Of a DNA stretch of 64,000 bases, positions 59,001 to 64,000 are shown in pieces. How positions within the stretch are numbered: the first letter of the stretch is position 1; every line of letters starts with the position of its first letter. The notes under the pieces are model-generated. The model saw only the letters and a program-made list of their open reading frames with translations. It searched no databases and had not been told where the DNA came from. Location of the stretch: positions 32,001 to 96,000 of the IMG/VR virus record IMGVR_UViG_3300032291_003679; one strand, 5' to 3'. The DNA comes from a virus. A program made the position numbers and the translations under genes.

Positions 59001-60175
59001 GAATCAACATGCATCTGCTGCAGGGCCCTAACTGCCAGTATTGCTGCATCTGGGTCTTCAGAATCAATACCAAGCGCGTCATATATGCGCGCTGCTTCCG
59101 CTTTCTGACGAGCAATATCATCTTGCCCGCGGATTGCACCGTTCTTGAAGAGACGCAAGTTCTCCTCAACAGGGATATCTCTCCACGATGGTGGCTTAAA
59201 TCTGTCACCAGAAATACTGTCCCAGTATGCAACTCGACCAAGAAAGGCTGGGTCTGCTATTTGCCTGGTTGACTTGCTGTATTGGTCGTTGTATAAAAAA
59301 TTAAAGAATGTTTTTGCATTGTTTCTTAGGCCCTCATATTGGCCTTCTGATTCAAGCTTTGCTGCTTGTCGTGCGGCAAATCGGGCGAACTTTGTTGGGC
59401 TAAAACCAAAACAGTTAGAGCCAGTAGCGTCAGTGAACTGGTTTGCAGCAGGCGTTCCAGGAGGGCATCTAAATTTGTTATTTTCATCGCGAAGAATGCC
59501 AAATACTGCAGCAGCACGTGAAAGCAGAGAGCCGCCTGGGACTCTCGATTCAAGACTGCGTCCAGGAAGCATCTTTTTCTCTATAAGGTTGTCTTTATAT
59601 TTACGAATAGACTTTTGTTTTTCTTCGTAACTAAGACCAGCGGCCATGCCAAAGGGGTCGACTATTTTTTCCGACTCTTGTATAACTTCGTCCGTCTTCG
59701 GATTTACTTTGTACTTGCTGAGCTTAATTGATGGCTTCGACCTATACATCTGAAGCATCTCTTCAAAGCTTGTTGGCGCATTTTTGTCTGGCTTAATCCA
59801 TCCAACGTTTGGCTTTGCGTCCATTCCTTCGCGCGACTGAAATGATGGACTAATGACGAGGGTGGAGCCAGGCTCCCATGTTGCCGCCCCTTCCCATCGA
59901 TAACCAAACTCGTTTGACTCCACGCCAGGCAAAGTGCCGCCCGTAAAGTCTCGTTTCTTTCCATCTGTATCTTCGTAGGTTTTTACCCTTATGCCGAACC
60001 CTTCCGTTATAGCTTTTACGGCTATATCGGCCTGAAGGCGGTTTGTTTCGATGGAAGCATTAATCGACTGCTTGAATCTGACAGCCTTTTCATTGAATCC
60101 GCCGCAGCAAGAGGTCGGCACCATGAGTCGTGCTGCAACTATTACTCTTTCCCGCGTTATTGGGGTATTCGCCAT
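53000..60175 (-). CDS. giant polyvalent protein (2391 aa): RCPxG motif, HExxH zincin, degenerate ART-like, ParB/Srx-like and DUF3626-like domains, 5 LSSG linkers
   Basis: HEIAH..EAAAE; EQKFVAPPG; R..MPQ, PSQ and ILDGHHRW; FEAQILGG..DIEQV. Confidence 0.8.
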   Translation of the reverse strand: MANTPITRERVIVAARLMVPTSCCGGFNEKAVRFKQSINASIETNRLQADIAVKAITEGFGIRVKTYEDTDGKKRDFTGGTLPGVESNEFGYRWEGAATWEPGSTLVISPSFQSREGMDAKPNVGWIKPDKNAPTSFEEMLQMYRSKPSIKLSKYKVNPKTDEVIQESEKIVDPFGMAAGLSYEEKQKSIRKYKDNLIEKKMLPGRSLESRVPGGSLLSRAAAVFGILRDENNKFRCPPGTPAANQFTDATGSNCFGFSPTKFARFAARQAAKLESEGQYEGLRNNAKTFFNFLYNDQYSKSTRQIADPAFLGRVAYWDSISGDRFKPPSWRDIPVEENLRLFKNGAIRGQDDIARQKAEAARIYDALGIDSEDPDAAILAVRALQQMHVDSGGRAGWDIEVLNASGEGAALLLDSEIERFCEVRLESIPGWRGLSNEEKSRLLKSDFDRYKYTQRALFESLIDQFVKDPESMRGIGRIVYRFDSGDEAGTSVYRDAPSISPRLKPDGTPVLDRDGNPVMGKTPGELRTQIHVNMGMILANQETMLPDMLPNERLAISAVGARSEAEGRLAVADFLVNADYSARGMAGLLDGVYGFSSHIMIHEIAHHKQAQVFIEKIQDEIDEMGFIRVPIIKDGVVVGSRNVDSIYALSGSDIMSIMTDVADSINLEALDSAMERLKKIAPLAGSYPRDVYTEGSEVWALEAAAEIWALRERGIIYGEDVDAALEWMDGLSFSKSSRARAESDDTADLESLDDVFRIPDDTIVPEDMPDDVIEETLEDRDVRLASELRAELAEFKTSFAELAEDDMFSEAAIIASQRDDASRRLESYKEFEIDESLADDERIFMERAKSEAIRDAQRELDFHSKKYDEASKIWRKKFGVGASGEKKRFDETVRSIRESEGLLDPGEMAEIARKADLDDLRERIKAMPEKKIVQKLVDEEVRLSTLDPASDEFRKLADEIEVIRDQYIENLKSSGDKRTKAQIKKELDKKITDIISPPPKPKKKFKNAKDAADHGARERRRVKANAEQKKAMKELGDVSESDVGKMLDPVIQTRAGRAINKRNARLKRLGLEIDPMSSAEGDVVQQVEKLLIPTMEAIDKTSVADPFDIEAIIDFDPSKLKGKVEGREIDLEQFVSGRVITSRTVKTDMPARGTKDPKTGRTPRRVILSVREGDRGLFPTTGGDTEQKFVAPPGKIRIIGRDADGTIRAEISYQKDTVQVVDSMAENLSKNKTDAIWAQSHGKKIQAMVDKYVTERRASGDTFPGPRSDYDDATVTASRVSVDEIIDAGGSFGEGFDEVPPHLSSGRTTLSSGDTLGKPATRPERTNSRNTSMSSTVRNVKDALGGGRGDGSISRGDIHPAVAKLIAETPEELLIVRASETAYRMHEGFDRRVRVRATDEDIERLSSGAGIRSPFSSASDEDLRTSRRAERLASISPQQRASRSLSSGRIIDSQENLKIRRNQEKEVATKALDIFNKVIEDGKNIDDMTQDEINQMFGGLARRSARLSISEKHPNLYEVDDVPTAIAMMMLGHHVEVKEQDIRLTEQAQKVFEDEVKNIAKDHIKNGHWKWEQYKSKYMNENRDFDFDDPATIKKMEKDYVGSYQADLCALYDPTKNLMCSGHIGIDREKMPQTNGRTKGHDTAAVRALVAGRAAGKFEPLGKIERNRKLEVEFADDLDKDIAKENLERAQKGKEPLSDEDTPKMLYKLIAKKHSIGNELGEKTAAQHREESYESLSDEAKQWLYANTNWNDVEVNLETPFINWLNKMIKVEDPDNGPAVRRKQVAPGLAAPSQQQLVASKVDGTAQTMQEVAVAKAEAVRKANPGVSAEEFKKLFLDEMNKEWFMQPILATKDGYILDGHHRWGALIVANRSLPEELQMPLNINEVQTDIVEGLTLGKVFQDVWGIKVAKLGAENDWVEGRLPGAQGIEDISNEEIDAIEAFLIENGPRLIDEKYSEGDFIQLGSVGLRNDAEYSQTLKVRQSLVETRRTSAISSERERQLDEIIRAADIERSNSLSSGRANMGRLAKIRRSQATLKTRDMESDMAPSGDTVGLSAENYVREYLARIGIPDSVAPDQLPVSGYLIHKSHIDSKRKDVMKDGSGNLRPDAVFEIGDQDVVGDGLTALGDMEIVLRPGVSERVAYGRGNSLSTAHRPVRLNSRNREDVADAILNADGVNGEKTRQEAFMNLLSASLNNDFSNINATRGKKGKLANSFDSNLPEGSSREPFEAQILGGFDMADIEQVNVPFKKIEQEAEKEDISDIVNTKTIAERLRAAGFSPEEIEYFYSIGGGQMMNSESMAMLRNYRASQKIKNSFSERGFNNVKFAHPRGFNIEDPRSHSKTAGKGESVESVLAKSISSEIIAMAKEMLKDMKKSSKPRITSTYGGRL

Positions 60176-60189
60176 CTGGCGTCCCCTTC

Positions 60190-61761
60190 TTAGTTGTCGT
60201 CTAGGGTGTCTTCGAGCAACTGGAACTCGACAAGAGAAGCCATGAACTCAGCGTCACTCAAGTCGCCAACTTTTTCTTCTCCGCCAGCAATCCAATTGCC
60301 AGGAATCATGCTTTCGAGCTTAAGTGCACGAGCACGCTTCATGATGTGCTTCTTTGTTGCCTCTTTGTCTTTTGCTCGTCCATATGCCTGGATAGCATTG
60401 CGCAAGTCGGTTTCAGAGACAATTGGGTATGAGCCATCTGCCATTGCTTCGCCGCTCTTCGCCAAGTCAAAGCGACGCTCTTCAGAGAAAGCGCGCTTGA
60501 GGGCAATTTCTGCAGCTTCTGCTTCGATTTCTTCAACTTCGTCAGCCTCGTACTTGTCGTAACCCAGAACCTCTCCGTCTAGGGCGACAAAAACGTCGTA
60601 CGACTTGCCATCAAATCCTTCGATTTCCACAGCGTATGCATCAAAGCCTTCAAATACGTCTGGCTCTACGGCGATTACTGTTCCGTCGATTGATTTAACT
60701 GCAATTTCAGCAGCTTCCGTGAAGTCAATAAGGTGGAAGTCACCAATATCTGACTTTTGTTCAAAGCTAGAAGAGTCAAGCTTGTGGAAGCCAAGTATCT
60801 CTGCTGATTGACCGTCAATGAAAACTTCATTGACCGAGCCATCTTTAACCTGAACGTCAACAACAAACATGTCTGCGTCTGAAGAATATCCAGAATCTAC
60901 GACAACACCGTCGAACATCTTTTCAGCAAGGCCTTCTACGTGAAGAATTCCTGGCATTCCTTTTTCTGCAACACATCCGCCAGGACAGTCGTCGCACACC
61001 GGAGAAGAGCCGCCATAGGCTTTGCGCTCAATTGCGCAAACATAACCGGTTGCGCCAATGTCGGAAGTCTTCAAACCCATGGATTTGATTCTCGAACGAC
61101 GAATTTGTTCCCATTCAGAGTCGCGAGCCGAGAAAGACTTTGTACCCATTTCTGCGTACTCTTCCTCGTCTTCTTCGTCCTCTTCTTCTTCGGCAACATC
61201 TTCTTCTTCTTCTTCGTCTTCCATCATTTCTTCGTCTTCAAGTTCAGCTTTCATGCCTCGCATTCTGCGCATGCGCTGTGCTCTGCCGCCGCTTGAGCCC
61301 ATCATCTTTTCTTCGTCAGATTCCATGTCCTCTTCGTCTTCAGGCATTTCATCTTCGTCGATTTCGTCTTCTTCGACCATTTCTTCGGCGTCGTCTTCGC
61401 TCATCATGACAGGAGCACCCTTTTTCTTGGGCATGACAGCAGCAAGTTCCTCTTCGGTCATTTCTGGCTCTTCCTCCTCATCAATCATGTCCATGAGTGC
61501 GTGTCCAGGCTTTTTGCCGTCCATCTTTTTCTTCACGGCGACAGCTGCTGTTGGGTTAAGCGCGTCTTCTGCCTCGATAGTTTCTTCGTCCTCTTCAGAG
61601 GATGCTGGAACCATCTTCATCTCGACAGGCATAGCACCACACTTGGCGCATAGCTCTGCTCCCTTGACGAAACCGCAATCTCCAGCGGCTGCGCCTTTGG
61701 CGCACTTCAAGACATTGCCGTCACCGTCAATGCTTACAGTAGCTTTTTCGTCGTACTTCAT
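60190..61761 (-). CDS. acidic scaffold-like protein with tandem PepSY-like domains and C-terminal DGSYPI domain
   Basis: Very acidic middle; EAAEIAVKSIDGTVIAVE..YAVEI..DGEVL (PepSY); AMADGSYPI..DLRNAIQAYGR. Confidence 0.7.
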   Translation of the reverse strand: MKYDEKATVSIDGDGNVLKCAKGAAAGDCGFVKGAELCAKCGAMPVEMKMVPASSEEDEETIEAEDALNPTAAVAVKKKMDGKKPGHALMDMIDEEEEPEMTEEELAAVMPKKKGAPVMMSEDDAEEMVEEDEIDEDEMPEDEEDMESDEEKMMGSSGGRAQRMRRMRGMKAELEDEEMMEDEEEEEDVAEEEEDEEDEEEYAEMGTKSFSARDSEWEQIRRSRIKSMGLKTSDIGATGYVCAIERKAYGGSSPVCDDCPGGCVAEKGMPGILHVEGLAEKMFDGVVVDSGYSSDADMFVVDVQVKDGSVNEVFIDGQSAEILGFHKLDSSSFEQKSDIGDFHLIDFTEAAEIAVKSIDGTVIAVEPDVFEGFDAYAVEIEGFDGKSYDVFVALDGEVLGYDKYEADEVEEIEAEAAEIALKRAFSEERRFDLAKSGEAMADGSYPIVSETDLRNAIQAYGRAKDKEATKKHIMKRARALKLESMIPGNWIAGGEEKVGDLSDAEFMASLVEFQLLEDTLDDN

Positions 61762-61876
61762 ACAACTCCCGTTAGTGCAGGGAAATGACCTGATAGACCA
61801 TTAACCAATAAATGTCTTTAATTATAACCTATCACGCTATACACGCGTGAATTAGCAACATCTGTTTCTTCTGTTT

Positions 61877-64000
61877 TTATTTATCTGGATTCTTTGAATT
61901 TTTCTTGTCCACCCAAAGGCTATTGCCGGATTCGACTCTCTCTCTTGCTGTTCTTAACTGCTCGTCGCTAAATATGTCATCAATTGTGTATCTTGTTCCA
62001 AACATCTCATTAAATCTGTTAACCATTGACTGCAGTTCACTACCCGAGAATCGTGGCTCGTTACCCTTACTTGGGGTCCACACCGAACCCCTGTTCTGCG
62101 TGGCCGCTTCTAGGGTGTACGCCAGGTCGGTAGCTTCGATTATTTTGTTGCGATTTTCTCTGGTATTAAGTTTTGGAAAACTCTTGTCGATAAATTCGTA
62201 AAGAGCCTCGTAGACGGCGTATTTTGGCCTCTTCATCTCCGTGTCGAACCTCTCGCCAGTATCAGATTCTTTCCATACCGATTTTGCGTCTGGAAGAACT
62301 CCATTGCGAATCATTTGAGCAATTGTTGCAGTAGGAATTCCTTTTCTTCTCCACGCATCATTGATTCCGATGGAATCCGTTCCAAAGGCTGATGAAAGTC
62401 GCTCCTGTAGACCCTTCTTCCATTCTTTTCTATCAATTCCAAGATAATCAAGAAGCGAATCAAGGTCGAAGTCTTCTATCGCGGTCTTGTCATCTCTGAT
62501 TATTTCCCCAGAATCATCTATAGAGCCTTCTTCTGGCAGAAGCATGTCAAAAGATTCACCATAAAGGTCTATCTCTGCCTCAGAATCTCCTCTTGTTGCA
62601 CTGTCTGGATAAAAACGGCCCGAGGCTCTAAATTTAGATGTTTCACTTACTTCTCCAAGTTGAACATATTCCTCAGGGGTCATTGATTGATTTTCTTCAA
62701 CATCAAACCAATATGGGAACGCATCTTTGCCAAACGTTTCAATAATGAATCTGTCACGCATATTTGCGCGGCCAGCATTTTCAGATGCCAAATCAATTTG
62801 CGAAATGTCTTCTATGATGTCGCCCTCTGGGGACTGCACTACTTTTTTGGCTTCATTTGCAGAAACTGGAGCAAAGTATCTCCACGCTGAAAGCTCTTTC
62901 TGCTTACCGAGTTCAGCAATCAAGAGGCGCACAGCGTCGTGGTTGATTCCAGCATCTGGTTCTCTCATCTTTGCTGCGTTAGCAGGGCTCAACCCAAGCA
63001 TCTTAGAGATTTCATCCCTTGTTGCTGGTCGTGACTGTGTCCACCTGATTGTCGAACCGTCTTCGGTATTAAAATTTTCTCTTGAAGTAAATTCTGTTGG
63101 GATTCTTATCGTGTCAGCAAGCTTGTCAATAGAGAGCATCCACGTTTCGGCCGACGGATTCTCGTTTTTGTTGTTGTCACTAATTTTGCCAATACGCACA
63201 CGTTCTTGACGTGCTTTCATCGCTTTGCCAACGTTCTGCATTGCGCCGCGAGTGCGTGATTGACGCACCGGCACTGAAAGCGAGTCGTCATCTATGTCAA
63301 TCGCTATGCCGCGCTTACGTACGCCGTCCCATGCCTGCATGGCGAACTGAAGTGCTTGTCTGTTTTTGCTGGAGTTTGGGTCTCCGTTTATTCTCAATCC
63401 GGCGAGCTGTTGTGCGCTTAGGCTACCTCCGTAGATATTGCTTCCAGAAATTTTTCTGCTTCTACGTGTCAGGCGTCTGCTTCCATCGGTGGTTGCTCCA
63501 CTAGACAGTGTCATTCCTAGAACGTCGTCGATGTCACCTTCGTCAACTACTTCATCATCGTCGTCACCTTCTGGAAGTACGAAATCGTCTTCTCCAGGTT
63601 TTCCATCTTCACCGAATTCGTAATCTTCTTCATCAATTTCAGTAATGATGCCTTCAACTTCTTCAGAATCACCATCATCATCAACTGGTACAGGAACCAC
63701 AATAACTTCGTCGTCTTTTTCATCAGTAGGACGAGCTGGGAATCCATTTTCCAGTTCTGAAAGCGACATGGCATTAATTGCCTTGTACCAATCTGGAAGA
63801 GGAATCCCGTCCTTATCACCGAAGGCTCCTCTATCAAGCTCTGGTGGGATATGCCCATCTACAACAGCTTGCTTCATTGCATCACGTATTGCTTTTGTTC
63901 GCTCGTCATGCAAGTAATAAAAGAAACCAGCATTGCCTGGGTCTAACATTTCTTTTGCGCGGGAGAATGCAACATGGACTAGGTTTCCCTCTTCCATGAA
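61877..64000 (-). CDS. C-terminal part of another large head-region protein with an LSSG linker (5' end outside window)
   Basis: Frame is open to the window edge; MTLSSGAT at 63497-63508. Confidence 0.75.
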   Translation of the reverse strand, partial: FMEEGNLVHVAFSRAKEMLDPGNAGFFYYLHDERTKAIRDAMKQAVVDGHIPPELDRGAFGDKDGIPLPDWYKAINAMSLSELENGFPARPTDEKDDEVIVVPVPVDDDGDSEEVEGIITEIDEEDYEFGEDGKPGEDDFVLPEGDDDDEVVDEGDIDDVLGMTLSSGATTDGSRRLTRRSRKISGSNIYGGSLSAQQLAGLRINGDPNSSKNRQALQFAMQAWDGVRKRGIAIDIDDDSLSVPVRQSRTRGAMQNVGKAMKARQERVRIGKISDNNKNENPSAETWMLSIDKLADTIRIPTEFTSRENFNTEDGSTIRWTQSRPATRDEISKMLGLSPANAAKMREPDAGINHDAVRLLIAELGKQKELSAWRYFAPVSANEAKKVVQSPEGDIIEDISQIDLASENAGRANMRDRFIIETFGKDAFPYWFDVEENQSMTPEEYVQLGEVSETSKFRASGRFYPDSATRGDSEAEIDLYGESFDMLLPEEGSIDDSGEIIRDDKTAIEDFDLDSLLDYLGIDRKEWKKGLQERLSSAFGTDSIGINDAWRRKGIPTATIAQMIRNGVLPDAKSVWKESDTGERFDTEMKRPKYAVYEALYEFIDKSFPKLNTRENRNKIIEATDLAYTLEAATQNRGSVWTPSKGNEPRFSGSELQSMVNRFNEMFGTRYTIDDIFSDEQLRTARERVESGNSLWVDKKNSKNPDK

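Noticed and set aside
61058-61804. 248-aa poly-Ser ORF on the plus strand
   Set aside because: It is the antisense shadow of the Glu/Asp-rich tract of the 523-aa gene. The same applies to most plus-strand ORFs across 26.5-64 kb.

Overview
This is a 64-kb segment of a large tailed dsDNA phage that most likely infects Actinobacteria (WhiB, Rpf-domain lysin, many leaderless-looking genes). Region 1 (1-~15.1 kb) is a GC-richer array of small early/accessory genes built from repeated cis-elements: 22 copies of the 13-mer GGTGTAGGTAAGT, 10 copies of a fixed-spacing promoter GGAAGTCTG-N9-TGGTACNNT, and GGGAGCCCC hairpins. It also carries a SNF2/HARP helicase, DUF932 and a ParA-like ATPase. Region 2 (~15-26 kb) encodes an Rpf/SLT muralytic enzyme, a complete thyX-rmlACBD operon, tRNAs, thioredoxin and SSB. 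Region 3 (~37-45 kb) encodes a primase-helicase, WhiB, class II RNR and an HNH. The head/late module (~45-64 kb, plus the 3479-aa gene at 26.5-37 kb) has an HK97-fold capsid protein and three giant proteins (3479 aa, 2391 aa and a partial of at least 706 aa). The strongest candidate for an undescribed system is that these giant proteins are strings of unrelated enzyme domains (GNAT x2, DEDDh exonuclease, zincin peptidases, ADP-ribosyltransferase, ParB-like). The domains are separated by an invariant linker, LSSG, which occurs 17 times. This suggests virion-packaged effector polyproteins that are cut at a dedicated site and shuffled at the linker. All domain calls come from motif recognition by eye; no database searches were run.
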